In this document: positions 1 to 15,022 of the stretch, in pieces | Layout: each line of letters opens with the position of its first letter | Position numbering within the stretch: the stretch's first letter is position 1 | From: Camelus dromedarius | Lineage: Eukaryota | Assembly (NCBI RefSeq): GCF_036321535.1 | Contig: NC_087437.1 | Location: 111,788,001 to 111,852,000 of the forward strand | Length of the DNA: 64,000 nt | Reading direction: 5' to 3' | The notes under the pieces: model-generated | The model's database searches: none | Told to the model about the DNA's origin: nothing | What the model saw: the letters and a program-made list of their open reading frames with translations, nothing else | Position numbers and translations under genes: made by a program

Positions 1-182
<182 letters not shown>

Positions 183-233
183 TTAGAAACATTTAAGAAA
201 GGATGTATTTCAAGTAAACTGCAAGCACGGTTA

Positions 234-452
<219 letters not shown>

Positions 453-982
453 TCACCAGCTTCAGTTTTCTGAGGCTGGGACGCCAGACACACTTGCTAA
501 GAGGCAGGAAGCATACACACCATTAGGTTAGAAAGGTTCTTTGGTGAGGTTATCATGCTATGCTTTACTTAGTTAAAATTAAAATGAGCCTTTACTGAGA
601 TTACTTAAAGGCCTGTGACCAAACAGGGTTTCACACATAATTCAACAGACAAGTAGCAGTTCAAAATATTTGCAAACCACTTGACTTATTCAAGTTAAAA
701 ACCTTAATTAGCATCCAGCCAACAATTTTATAAAGAGGTTTCCTTGCTTTTCTTTATATGACACTATGTCACTGAAAGAAAATAGACTGAAAAATTAAAT
801 AATTATAAGCAGGTCTGAGAATTTTTTTTAAGTTTTACTTTTAAATTGCATTGATTTTATCCTAGATAACCTTTATTGAAAAAAAAAGTAGCCCATCTCT
901 CTCCTTATTTGATATTTATATCATTTCCCTTTTTCTTTGTAAAATTTGCACTAACTCATTTAAATGAACCCCATTTCCCGAC

Positions 983-1139
983 CTGATCTGTCGAAAGGCC
1001 ATTTCCGTCTTCTCCAGAGGACACGGTCTGTCCACGCAGGAGTGCGGCACTTCTCACTGGTGTCATAGTCATCGGAAAACAAATCGTATTTGTATGTTGG
1101 AGCAAAGGTTACTTTTCCTTCTAAAAATCCCCTAAAGAT
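983..1139 (-). CDS. SYNJ1: SYNJ1 exon 19 (IFRGFLEGK...PTYKYD...PAWTDRVLW...FDRS)
   Basis: 157 nt; PAWTDRVL motif; GTCGGG donor. Confidence 0.97.
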
Positions 1140-1989
1140 CTAAAATGAACATACACAAAGTAAGTTATTCAAAAAGGCAAAAATGTTCTGTTTTCACTCA
1201 GGCAGCCATTCATTAAATATCTACTATGTGCTGGAGACGCTCATGTGAAATCTACGTGCCTCTGATGAACACTTCTAACTGAATGGACAGACCTTAAGGA
1301 AAATAACTTAAGACTTGGCCTTTTTCATGACACTTGTCTAACATTTGGTTAAACAAAGTACAAAAACATGAACGGTGGAATTCCATGAGACTTTTGCGCT
1401 ATATGAGGTATTTAGAACTGTATGGAATTTTGGAAATCACAGAGTCTGGTGTCTTACTCTCAAATGAGGAAGTGGGGCCTTAGAAAGTTACACAGTACCC
1501 AAAGTGTTAGAATTTAAGGCGGATGACCACAAAGGTACCATATCAAATGGCCTCAATCACTTCTTTTAAAAAAAAAATTTTTTTTAGTAAGTTCTTCCCA
1601 AATCTTATGGTCACAAGTTTTAAGAAGTAAGTTTCAAAAAGTCAGATTATATGAGAAACAACAGCAAAAAATAAAGCCAATTACCATAGGTTCTTAAAGG
1701 CAAAAAAGCAGTAGCCCTGATGAGTAAGATTCTAAATTTGCTATTACTGAAAAAAAAAAGCATATTCTTCTACTTGAAAGTGAATCTCATAGAGACATAA
1801 TACCTTTTGCCCCCGGGAATTATTATGAGTTTTTCTTTCCTTTTCTTTTTTTAAAAGAGAAGCTAGTTTTACAGCTGTTAAACTATAAATATATATTTAT
1901 TAAGTATAGAGAGACTCCAAGAGATTAAAAGAAAAAGCAATAGTTTGATTAAGGAACGTATGTTTTCATAACCGAAGATCCTCTTCTTA

Positions 1990-2175
<186 letters not shown>

Positions 2176-2408
2176 CTAGAAGCAGGGAGATAAAATTTTA
2201 AATTAAAAACCATCAATTTAAACGATGTTTTACAACTTTTTCTTTGCCTCAGATACGCTTGCCTCCCCCATGCTGTGTCCTGTTTATGTAGCCTGACAGT
2301 CATGTCACATGAAGTATCTATTCAGGTGAACACTGCTGACATTTCTAGGAACTGCCTGAAGTTTGCAAAAACTGATATAGAATTTGGGGTAAACTGTAAT
2401 ACATTTCA

Positions 2409-2639
<231 letters not shown>

Positions 2640-2657
2640 TTAAAATGAAGAATTCTA

Positions 2658-3128
<471 letters not shown>

Positions 3129-3449
3129 TCACTTTTATATGCCCACATTTATTAAACTACTGACGTCATGAAATCCACACCAGCAGTGGAATGCAGGCCG
3201 TTTCTTGGTTTCCTTTAAAAAGGAAAATCCCAAACTTAGCCAAGAACACCACACTTCGAAGTCTAAGTTATTACTCCCTTCCTTACAAAGAAAACTTGAG
3301 CTTACTTATTAAACGTGTGTTCGCCATGTGAGTAACCTCAAGCTTGTACACTTTACTTCTTCCTTAGTATTCACTAAGGTAACAGAGAACATGCTTCCAG
3401 ATAGACTTCTCCCCCTCTTTCATTATTTTTATGGATTGTAATAGCTTAA

Positions 3450-4700
3450 AAAAAGTTATTATGGAAAATTTTAAACATATACACAAAAAGTGATAATCAT
3501 AAAATAAACCACCATATGCCCATTACCCAGCTTCAACAATTATTAATATTTTGCAGATTTTTTTCGTCCATACTCCTCCCCCCACCTTTTTATTTTAACT
3601 TGGAATATTTTAAACCAAATCTAAGATACAGGCCATTTCACCCAGAAACACCTTAGTATGTACCTTTCACATAAGCACAGTGCCATTATCACAATCAAAT
3701 GTTAACAATTCCATAATATCATCTGATACTCAGTTCATATTTAAATTTCCCTGATTATCTAAAAAAATGTCTTCTTACAACTGGTTTATTTAAAACAGGG
3801 TCCAAATAAGGCCCATACATTGCATTTGCTTGTTGTCTCTTGAATCTCTCTTAATCTTTAATAGTCCCTCAGCCCTCCCTAGCACCTCTATTTTTTTTTT
3901 TTTACACTCCACCCCCTTTTTAAGGCATTTACTTTTTTAGAAGCTAGGCTATCCGTCTGTAAAATGTTTAACAGTCTGGATTTGTCTAATGTGTCTTCAT
4001 GGTACCTTAACTTGATCCTCTAATTGTCAGATTTGTTTTAAACTGGTTAATATAGAAGCTTGATTAATAAATAGTCCATTTTATTTATTTGTTTTGGCAA
4101 AAAAATAATCTCATAGGTGGTATAGTCACCCTTGCATCACAGCAGAAGTACATACTCTCTGATATTACACCCGATCAGCTGTTCAGACTGTGACAATCAA
4201 CTTTTTTTTTTAAATTGACGTACAGTTGATTTACAATGTTTTGTTAGTTTCTGGTGTACAGTGAAGTGACACAGTTACACGTATATATTCTTTTTCATAT
4301 TCTTTTTCATTATAGGTTATTACAAGATATTGAATATAGTTCCCTTCTATATAGTAGGACTTTGTTGTTTATCTATTTTATATATAATACTTTATATACA
4401 ATCACCTCTTTATAATAAAAAGTTCCCCTATTGATCCTTCTTCTAGGGTTTTAACACTTACTGGTGATCACTGCCTAGACCCATTATGTCATTAGGGGTT
4501 ACAAAATGTTGACTTTATAATTTCAGCATTCCATGGGCATTTGTAATAAGCTGGAATTCAACTATAAAGAACTTTTCTCTAATCAATGATTCAGTTATTT
4601 TGAAACACAGTTAGCATAAACGCTTGAGCCATTCTATCTAGGCATTTTCAGAGTAATAAGTTTGTGCCCAAGAACCTCCAATGGTGAGCAAGAGTTTTTC
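3450..4700 (-). mobile_element. Old L1 (L1MC/L1ME-like) 3' fragment, interrupted by a younger L1
   Basis: Diverged L1 3' UTR-like sequence; boundaries approximate. Confidence 0.6.
4202..4398 (-). mobile_element. Artiodactyl-type L1 3' end, 5'-truncated
   Basis: Poly-T then TTGACGTACAGTTGATTTACAATGTT...; flanked by ACAATCA(A/C)C duplication. Confidence 0.75.
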
Positions 4701-4869
4701 TCATAGTTCCAGGTCATACAAAGGATAAATGGTAAGCCAGACTATGATCTCACACCCATCCATCTAATCTACCTCACACTACGCCATGCTACCACCAAAA
4801 TACAAATTCAGCGCATGGATTCTCTACCCACCATGACTCCACCCACCACGACCTGGATTCTGAAAAGAA

Positions 4870-5127
4870 AATGACAGCTTTCGCCCTTTCTTCAGCTCAC
4901 TTCCCAAGTCATCTTCTCCATGAATCCTAATCATCCCACTCAAAACTGCACACATCTCCCCACCTCCACATGCTATGTAATATACTTACTAGAGTTGTTT
5001 ATTGTCTGTCTCTTCTATCAGAAAAGAAGGTCCATGCAGGTCAGGGTTTTTGTGTTTTATTTAGTGATGTATCTTTAGCACCTAATATAGGTGCTCAATA
5101 GATATCGGTTAAATACATGAATGAGTA
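4870..5127 (+). mobile_element. L2 3' fragment
   Basis: Ends TAGGTGCTCAATA...ATGAATGA. Confidence 0.65.
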
Positions 5128-5424
5128 ATTACTACTTTTATTAAAGGATAATTTGATTAATCTCTACTTAAACAAACAACTGAACAATTTGTTTGGTACT
5201 GGGAAACCTAAGAGTATGTTCTATTTTAAGATCTGAATATGCATTTTCAGGAAAGATATTCAAACAGCAAAATGAATGAAGATGGATTTCTTTTCTACTT
5301 CCCTATATAAATTGTTCACTTTTGCTAAGAAAAAGTTTTCATTCACAAGATTGATGGTTATATACCATATGATTTCTGCCCATAATTTAATTTTGAAAAC
5401 TTTTTTAAAAAAATCACAAAAATG

Positions 5425-6047
5425 TCAATGGACATTTAGGCTGTTTCCATGTCTTGGCTATTGTAAATAGTGCTGCTATGAACATTGGGGTGCAGGTGTC
5501 TTTTTGAAGGGTTAAAGAAGATGTGGTATATTTATACAATGGAATACTATTTAGCCATAAAAATGACAACATAACGCCATTTGCAGCAACATGGATGCTC
5601 CTGGAGAATGTCATTCTAAGTGAAGTAAGCCAGAAAGAGAAAGAGAAAGAAAAATACCATATGAGATTGCTCATATATGTGGAATCTAAAAAAAAGGAAC
5701 ATAAATACAAAACAGAAACAGACTCATAGACATAGAATACAAACTTGTGGTTGCCAGGGGAGCGGGGGGAGGGAAGGGACAGAATGGGAGTTCAAAATTG
5801 TAGAATAGATAAACAAGATTAATACTGTATAGGACATGGAAATATATACAAGATCTTGTGGTAGCTCACAGTGAAAAAAAATGTGACAGTGAATATATGT
5901 ATGTTCATGTATAACTTAAAAATTGTGCTCTACACTGGAATTTGACACAGCATTGTAAAATGACTATAACTCAACAAAAAAATGTTAAAAAAAAAAGATC
6001 ATACCCCCCGCAAAAAAAATAAAAAAATAAAAGACCCCTGAATATAA
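5425..6047 (+). mobile_element. Young L1 3' end with 5' inversion
   Basis: ORF2 C-terminal peptides ([23 protein letters not shown] on minus; PFAATWMLLENVILSEVSQ on plus); 18-bp TSD AAAAAAATCACAAAAATG. Confidence 0.92.
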
Positions 6048-6164
6048 AAAAAAATCACAAAAATGGGCAACTACTAAACTTTCAAGGCAAGTATCCTTTC
6101 TTAAAATAAAACTTAAGCTTTAAATTTCACTAAAATAATTTGTATTTGTAATAAGGCTTCAGAA

Positions 6165-7474
6165 CAGCAGTTCTCAAAGTGTGGTCTAGGAACTGGTGAT
6201 CCCCAAAACCTACAAGGACAGAACTCCACTAACACATTGTTTTGCCGCTTTCACTGTGTTGCCTGACATTTGCATGATGGTGCAAAAACGAGTAAAAGTG
6301 CTGACGCCTTACCATGAAACCAGGCACCAAACTGTACTAATATTCCTTAACCTTTACTGCCACACACTCGCAGTTTAAAAAAATGCCATTTCATCTCAGA
6401 ATATCCTGATGAAGCAGTAAACATCATTAATTTTATCAAAGCTCAATCAAAGTCCCATCTTTTTATATTCTGTGTGATGAACGGGAAAAACACACCAAGC
6501 ACTTCTGCTGCATACTGAATGCACACACGATGGTTGTTTCAGAGGAAAACACTCGACAGTCTGAGTTCAGAGCTAAAATGCCACTTTTTTTTCGTGGAAT
6601 ACAATTTTTACTTGAAGGAATTAATGACAGACAGGCTATAGTTATTCAGATTTAGGTTATTTGGCAAACTTTTTTTTAACCAACACTGTCTTTTCGAGGG
6701 AAACAACCAATAGTATTTATTTCCAATGATAAAATTCATGTTTTCAAGCAAAAATGAGAATTTTGAAAAATCTGCTTCTGCTACTATGATCTTGAAAGCT
6801 TCCAAATACTTGAAGAATCTGCTGATGAGATCAGTGAGGAAATTAACCAGTATGATGTTTTGATACTATATAATGAAATGTGTCAAAATTTGAAAGACCT
6901 ACATAATTCAGTGAACTAATATGTTCCAAATGACCAATACACGATGTTTCAAAATCATCCAAGGGTAAAAGATGGACCAGTGTTTTAGTACAATAGTGCA
7001 GAAAAAGTTCATTGCTATGGTTTCAGACTCCCCAGTGCAACTAAGCTTTCAGAAACTGCTCTTTGTTAAGCAGTATCAGAGAAAAAATGATCTGAAAAGG
7101 CGATTAAAATATTTCGGCTTCCAACTACATATTTATGTGATCTTCTTCATATACTTCAAAGAAAACAACATCTTGTCACACAGCAACGCAAAAGCAGATG
7201 TGAGAATCCAGCTGTCTTAAGCCAGATACCAAAGAGATTTTGCAAAACTGAATGAGTGCCATCCTTCTCAGTAAATTTTGTTTTGGAAAATAGTTACTTT
7301 TCAGGAAAAAAAAAATGTGTTAGTTATGTTAACATGTTATGAGTTTATTATTGTTATTTTTCAATGAATTAAGTGTCAAAATTTTGACTTTTAATTTCTA
7401 ATGTGGCTCTTCCAGATTTTCAATATTTTTTAGTGTGTAGAAAGACCTGAAACCAAAAGGTCTGAGAACTGCTA
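6165..7474 (+). mobile_element. hAT-Charlie DNA transposon (Charlie1a-like)
   Basis: TIRs CAGCAGTTCTCAAA ... TCTGAGAACTGCTA; decayed transposase sequence inside. Confidence 0.85.
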
Positions 7475-7598
7475 TTTTACAGTTTAAATAGCACCATTCT
7501 GTAAATTATCTCAATCTATCCTTGTAACAAGTACTTAGTTACCTGCCCTCTGTGTCTCTCAACTAGAAAAATTGCCTGTGTGTTACCCAGCTGGCTTA

Positions 7599-7724
<126 letters not shown>

Positions 7725-8399
7725 TTAGTTAAATGGCAACTCCCCTATCCCCAACACAACTAAGATCAACATCAGATCTCATAAAAGTCCATTTTTGTGT
7801 TTCAAGTTTAACCAAATTCAAATCAAAGGCAAAAATCCATGAAGGGGACAAAATTACTTTAAATATACTTTCTATTTAGGTGTCCTAAGTTTGCTTCTTT
7901 AAGTTTGTTATTCTTAAAGATCCTTAAGTCCTTTCAGAAAGCATTTTGCAAGAACTCTTGCTGAAGTTTCTACCATGGACAGCAGAGAAACAAGCCACTT
8001 CTCAAAGGTTAAAGTGAATCAAACTGGCGAGGTAAAGACATTTTTCAGGAAAGGCACAAACAATAAAGTGGTTGGGTAACCATCTCAAACTAGAGAAAAC
8101 AGTTGAGAGATTTTTTACACTTAAATTTGGAAATTCCTAGGGGGAAGAAATCTAGGAAAATGAGAAGAGTCAGGGGTTTAGGCTGATTGGTCTGTTCTAG
8201 CCATTAGCTGTCTCAGAGCTGACAAGACCAAAAAGAACAGAAGCTGCTTTAGATAAGCAAGCCTGGGGGACTTTGGTGGCCCAAGGATTCAGAAATGAGA
8301 AAAAATAGCTAGAGAGAGAGCCTATAAGTACTATGAGTGAATTCTGAAAAATACGAAGATAAAAATATTTATTGACTGCTATTATGTGCAAGGCTTATA

Positions 8400-8760
8400 T
8401 ATGAATCTTCTCATTTACCACACAAACATCCTGTGAGACTGATTTTATCTGCCTTTTATTTACAGACAGGAAACTAAGGCTTTGAAGAAGCCAAGCAACT
8501 AGCCAAAGTTCAGACATAAAATGCAGCATGGCACAACTCTGGAACCAAACTGCCTGAGTTCAAATCCTAGCTCTGCCACTAGGATGTGAACCTTGGGCAG
8601 GTCACATCTCTTACTGTGCCTCAGTTTCTTCATCTGTGAAACTGGAATAATAACAGTGACTGTAACTGTGTATTAGGTCTGTGATAAGGATTACATAAAT
8701 AGATGTAAAGTACTTAGAACTGTAGTGTTAGCTGTTATTTTATTATTGCTATTATTACTA
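8400..8760. mobile_element. Two MIR SINE fragments in opposite orientation
   Basis: Core motifs TTACAGACAGGAAACTAAGGC and TGTGCCTCAGTTTCTTCATCTGTGAAA. Confidence 0.75.
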
Positions 8761-9597
8761 CTACAACTACAATTTCAAGTTAGGTTCAATGTAAAAGAAA
8801 AGGGGCATTTTTTAAAAAGTTTAGGGAAAAGTCCCAGGGTTTAGGGTGTGACTGGTTAAAGATAACTCAAAAGGGAAAATGTGTCTCTCGTGATATTTCC
8901 TAGGCACATCACCTTTATAAACAAAACTTGGCAAATATGTACCATTTTAAAAAGGAATTAAAGCTGACTTCAAAAAAGGAAGGCCTCAAATTCATGATTC
9001 TAATCAAAATCTTAATAAAAGCATCCTTAGCTTAATCCTTGTTTCTGGCTACTAAGAGCTTGGTGGTGGAGTCCCCAAACTGAATGACAAGCAAGTTTTT
9101 ACAAGGATAAATCAGCACTGTTAAGTATAAAGGGCCAACAAATGTCAAAACAAGTTCTGTAAAACTGCTTGTGATCCACCCTGACTACTCTTATCTTAGT
9201 AAGCACAGGACTGTATTTGAAAAGTGGAACATACTGGATTTGAAAAATTATCAATTACAAAATAAGCTTGCTTTGTATCAATTTAAAAGAATAAAAACAG
9301 AACTAGCATTTCTCATCCATGTGGTTATCTTAAAGATACCTATTTATATATGGATCCCAATTCCTGACAATCAAACATCAAAGAGAAAGTTTTTTTTAAT
9401 TTTCCCATGATGTCTTCTTATGAAGTAGCAGATAAAGGTCTAGGAATACAAAAGAGCTAAGATTTTAAGAGATCTGATCTGTAAAAACACTGGTCTTCAA
9501 ATGTATAAATCCCAGTTTCTTCTGTAAAGTAATGCATGTTGTGAAGTGCCACATTTGCTTTATAGGTTAATAATTCATAGTCAGAATTGAGTAATTA

Positions 9598-9816
<219 letters not shown>

Positions 9817-10399
9817 TCAAAAACAAAATACAACAGCATTTTGGCTGCATTAAACCACCGATAGCAACTGATTTTCATTAACTCAGAAATGATGGCTGTA
9901 AAGTACAATCATCACTGTCAGCACAAACGAGCCTTGGATACATGCACAGGCACACAAAAAAGGATTAACCTTGAACACAGAGCCCAGCACGATGCCATTA
10001 ACCAACACAATTGAAAAAAAAAAATCAACTCATTAAATACAACAGGCAAAGGAAAAAAACAATTACAAAATTATTGCAGGAACATAAAACGTGCAGAACA
10101 AACAGTCCTGTTTCAATGAAACAGTACATTATTTTATGCTATACAGAATTAGACACTGCACATTTTTAGGAATATAGCAACTGACTTTCATACAACTTTC
10201 ATTCAAGGGCTGGTAAAACAAATTTTATTCCTCCCCAAACAAAAACACTCAAGAACTATTACATTTAGGATTTTAGCTAAGCTAGTGACAGGTGGTTTGA
10301 TGAATTACAGCTCCCTGACAAAAATACAAATTATGGACAATAATGAGATGACAGAGAATGAAGTCACTACTAAATGCTTCCCATCACAGAGGAGACACC

Positions 10400-10825
10400 A
10401 AGTCCTTGAGGACGTTCTACAAGGTCCTAGAAAACCTGCCCTGCCTTTCTGCCCTCATCTGTCACTCCATCCCTGTTCACTCACTGCTCAGCCTTTGGAC
10501 CCTCCTTCACACTGCCTGCAACATTCTTCCCTCACCCACTTCAGGTCCTGACTTTCCTGACCACCTGATTCAAATCCGCATTCTGTCTCTTATCTTCCAT
10601 AGCCCCTCCTTGTGCTATTTTTCTCTACAGCATTTATCGCCTTGTACAAATTATGTATTTTATTTATTTATCCTGTGACTGATCTGTCTTCCCTCCTCAC
10701 AAGAACAGAACCTACCTAAGGGCAGAAGTGTTGGTCTATTTTATTTGCTGCCATATCCCTAGGGACTAGAAGAGTGCCTGGTACACAGTAAATGCTCAAT
10801 AAATGATGGTTACATGAAAAAATGC
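10400..10825 (+). mobile_element. L2 3' fragment
   Basis: Ends GTGCCTGGTACACAGTAAATGCTCAATAAATG. Confidence 0.75.
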
Positions 10826-12532
10826 TCAACACATTTTGAATCCTCAATCTCTTCCCTGCCTATTTTTTGACTTCCACCTATCTTTTTTCTTGGCACTTAA
10901 AGTAAACAGAACCTTAACAAGACCTCAACCTAAAGACAGAAAATAAGCCTTTAATTGGCAGTTAATTGGTCAGAGGAAAAGGAAGTATAAATGATTCTCA
11001 TCTTTCACCAAATGATCTTATTTTATTATGATATTATTTTTGGATACCAAGGCACAGCAAGCAGTCTTGAGAGAGAACGAGTCAAAAACGCAAATAACAT
11101 TGCAGGATTAGAATGAAAATCGTATGACCTGTGAATCCCATGAAAGAACTGCTGATTTAGATGACAAGCACATCCCCCTACTGCTCCCAGGGGCAGACAT
11201 GCAGATTTCTAGCCCTCTTGCTATTTGATTAGATTACTTGTGTAGAGGTGTCCAGTGGGAATGGAAGTAGATTATTTGTTCCGGTCTATTGAAATCGTTA
11301 ACTGAAGGCTGGCTGTACCTCAATAAAGAATCATTCCCTATTACTACGACTTATCACTGGTCTTTATAACTGAAGTCATTGCCATTGTTACTGCTACAAA
11401 AACAGCTTCTATGATCCTTTCTACATCAAAACATAAGTTCTATGAGTTAACAGCTTAAAATAAGTCAGCAAGACAAATAATGAGTTGTGTGAACAAAAAT
11501 ACATTGCCACACTGTGTGAACTACTAAAGTCAGTTTACAAATGGGATAAAAATTTTTTTAAATTCCTAGTTCATTCTTAATCGGTTGGCACCTAAACGTG
11601 CAGAACGAAATGAGTCTGTGTTCAAACAGATGTCCATCCCTAAATACCGAATCATTTTAGAAAATGTATTTTATGTGTAACTTAAAAATATATCCAAGTG
11701 CTCTCTTTTACAACCTTCTCAAAAAAAAAAAAATCACCAATAGTTTCTCGAAACATTCAGAACAACAACTAAGTGAAATAAATCTTAAGTGATACCAAAT
11801 CTTAACTGAAGGGAAGATAAGATGACTTTTTGGTTAAATTTCAGACAAGAGTTTAGCTTTGGCCCCTTTTGCCACAGATTCAAGTTTAAAGACAAGCTCA
11901 TAAATCTTGTCCAGAGAATGAAGGCGTGAGATCCCTAAGAACAGGAAAGGAAAGAAAAATAATGACCCTTAGGTCTTATACACTTAACTCTTCTAACTTT
12001 GTCAGCAATCTTAATGCTTTTTAAAAGAGTTCAGATCTTATTTTCGTGCTGGTCTTATAGTTACAGAAAATATCTCATCCACAATATGAGAAAATGAATC
12101 AATACCTTTTAAAATATTACATGTGAAAGAGACTGCTGAGTCATAAATCTCACAAAGAGTACTCGGACATTAATCCAAAAGAGTCACATATGGGTTTTTT
12201 CCATTATCCTATTAGGAATAAGATATAACACTACTAATGTTTGTTCAATGAAATATAAAGTGAAATTAAAACTCCATGAGCTATATTTAACTGGAATGAA
12301 GCATTTGCTACAGGAAGACAAAGAGCACTGCATATTTCCTTCTAAATGAGCTACTCAGTTTTCTCAAACAAATTTTTTTTCTCAGATTAAAACATGGTAT
12401 CAATTTATCCTGTTAGGATCTGAAGGCAAAATAAGAGAAAGTTTCCATTTATTTACAGCTTTATTTATATACAACATCAACTTAAAAAAATAAAGTTGCT
12501 TTTATTTATAGATTGATTTTTCTATACTGTAC

Positions 12533-12556
12533 CTGACTGTAATGTCTGTTCAGAAA
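12533..12556 (-). CDS. SYNJ1: SYNJ1 exon 13, 24-nt microexon (VSEQTLQS)
   Basis: Phase 1-1; GTAG| acceptor; GTACAG donor; TACTAAT branch point about 34 nt upstream. Confidence 0.93.
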
Positions 12557-12989
12557 CTACGGATGCGTCAGGAAGAAAACAAAGAATCATTAGTAAAACA
12601 GCAAGTTACAGTTGAAGTCTAGAGTGTTAATGACAAAACAGTCTCAGACGGTCTCACTTTTTTCCTTTTGATTTAGTTCAATGACTTTCTTTTCTTCTGA
12701 TGGCAATAGGACATCAAAGATAAAAATAAATGACAATAACTGATGCAAACCCTCTGCATCTAAGAAAAAGCCGACAGTGACTCAGGGATGTCCAGAGTTT
12801 CACAATCAGAAGGTGCTAGGCCTGCTGCCCAGGCTTCTCTGTGTGTATGTATGTGTGTGCATGTGCACATACTTGTAAGGGAGAATATGAATCTGAAACC
12901 CTAAGAGGCTGGAGGACATTGAAATATGGAGATACTGCCGTAACATATACCTTTCAGTAGTCTTTCTGGGATTCACCAGTTGGTAAGCA

Positions 12990-13602
12990 CAATCAGTTAT
13001 AACAAAACATATGCATTCCAGCAAAATCACTGTGCTCTGCAAAATGGTGCAAATTCACACAGCCACAGGGCTTATGGCAAAAATAGGGTTTGGGAACAAC
13101 ACTCAAAACACTTCGGCAATGACGTGCCAAAAAAGATAGGCACCGAATATAAAAACTGTAGCAGAATTTTGCATGTTACATGGTTAAGAAATATTGAATA
13201 TGTAGAAAATATGGTACTTTATCTTAAAAAAGTCATGAAGTTTTCTTATAGAAATGGGCATCAGGAGGCCTGTGCTTGTAATTGTGAATCCTGGAAGAAA
13301 AGGTCTCTGAAGTTGGACGGTAAGCTGTAACACCAGATATGGATGAATATGGCTCATCACACATCTGGTGGACTGAGGGAGAGGGGTGTCTGAGGTGTAC
13401 GTACATGTGTACATGTGTCTTGTATATGTCTACCCAACTCAGTTCTGCTGGGTGCACTTTTCTGCATTTACCTAGCATTATTGCCAGTGAAATCATGCAT
13501 AAACTGATGCAGAATTGGCATTATGCTCAGAATGTTCCCTGATATGGCATCCATGTGGGAACAAACTCCCATTCTCAGAAAAAGCGTTATAGTAGAACTG
13601 TG
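12990..13602 (-). mobile_element. TcMar-Tigger DNA transposon (Tigger13a-like)
   Basis: Terminus GCGTTATAGTAGAACTG; internal sequence matches the recalled consensus. Confidence 0.75.
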
Positions 13603-14722
13603 CTTTTTTTAAAGGTGTATTTTTCATAGAGTAAAATGTGCAGGAAACTAAAAAACTGATGATCAAGTCTGAGAATTACTCAGGGCCCTCACTTCTTTTC
13701 TTTCCTTCAACGGCTTACTTTCAGTTGTTGCTGATTAATGCCTCCACATCAAAGTAGCACAGGTGGAAAGAGGTGAGAAGATGCAAATCAGTGAGTGTCT
13801 ACTGCCGGAAGCCAGGAGGAAGCCTGAAGTTAAAAGCGGTTGCTAAGATCGGATTCTGGTCTTCAGAGCTTTAGCAGGTTTCAGTCCCCCAGCCTACCCA
13901 CAGATCCCTGAGGAGGTGACTATAATTAACTACCTCCAGCCCCAAGTGGAATTCTGAAAGAATCCATGATAACCTATTTGACCAAGGAATCACCCAAGAG
14001 TACATTATTTGATGAGAAACAATTTCTCCTGCTTGAACAGGGGTAATTGAAAAGTTTGGTTTGGGGGATAACAGAAGAAATGAAAATGTTCAGAGTGCTG
14101 AAAAGTTAAAATAGAAAAAAACATAAAACCAAGGAAGTCTAATTTATTAAGTTCTACAATGCATAATACTGAGTTTTCCCATGATACCACTTAATATATG
14201 CTCACTGATCTGAGCTCAAATTCCTTTGATTTTAATGAAAGACACAGTGAAAAATCAACAGCCATCCTAAAAGCCATATACTTATGTCAAATATTAAAAC
14301 TAGGAGTGGTAGTGTCCAATAATAAGCAACATTTTAAATTATTAATATGATTTAATGCTTATTTAAACAATAGCATTTAAAAAGTAATACCAAGTTACAG
14401 AAGCCTTTGGTGTGGTGATTAGCAAAATAACCAACATAGGGATGTTTTTCTATATAACTGGGTCATTGAAATACTAAAAGTACTAGCTGAATATTTTAGG
14501 AGATCCTGTCTTATATTAAGCTAGCAATACCTAAACCATTTACCCCCTCAATCATAATCTATGAAAGATTATGCATAGGCCTTGGTTTATGGCTTAAAAA
14601 TTCTAATGATACAAGCATCTTAGAAGAGATAAACTTCCTCTGAAGAATACAATTTTAGAAAATTACATTGATAGAAATCCCTTCCAAAACTATTTTAATC
14701 AACTCAATCTAAAAAGTATTTA

Positions 14723-15022
<300 letters not shown>

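Noticed and set aside
12980..13542. Cluster of ORFs of 67-116 aa
   Set aside because: Lies inside a Tigger13a-like element
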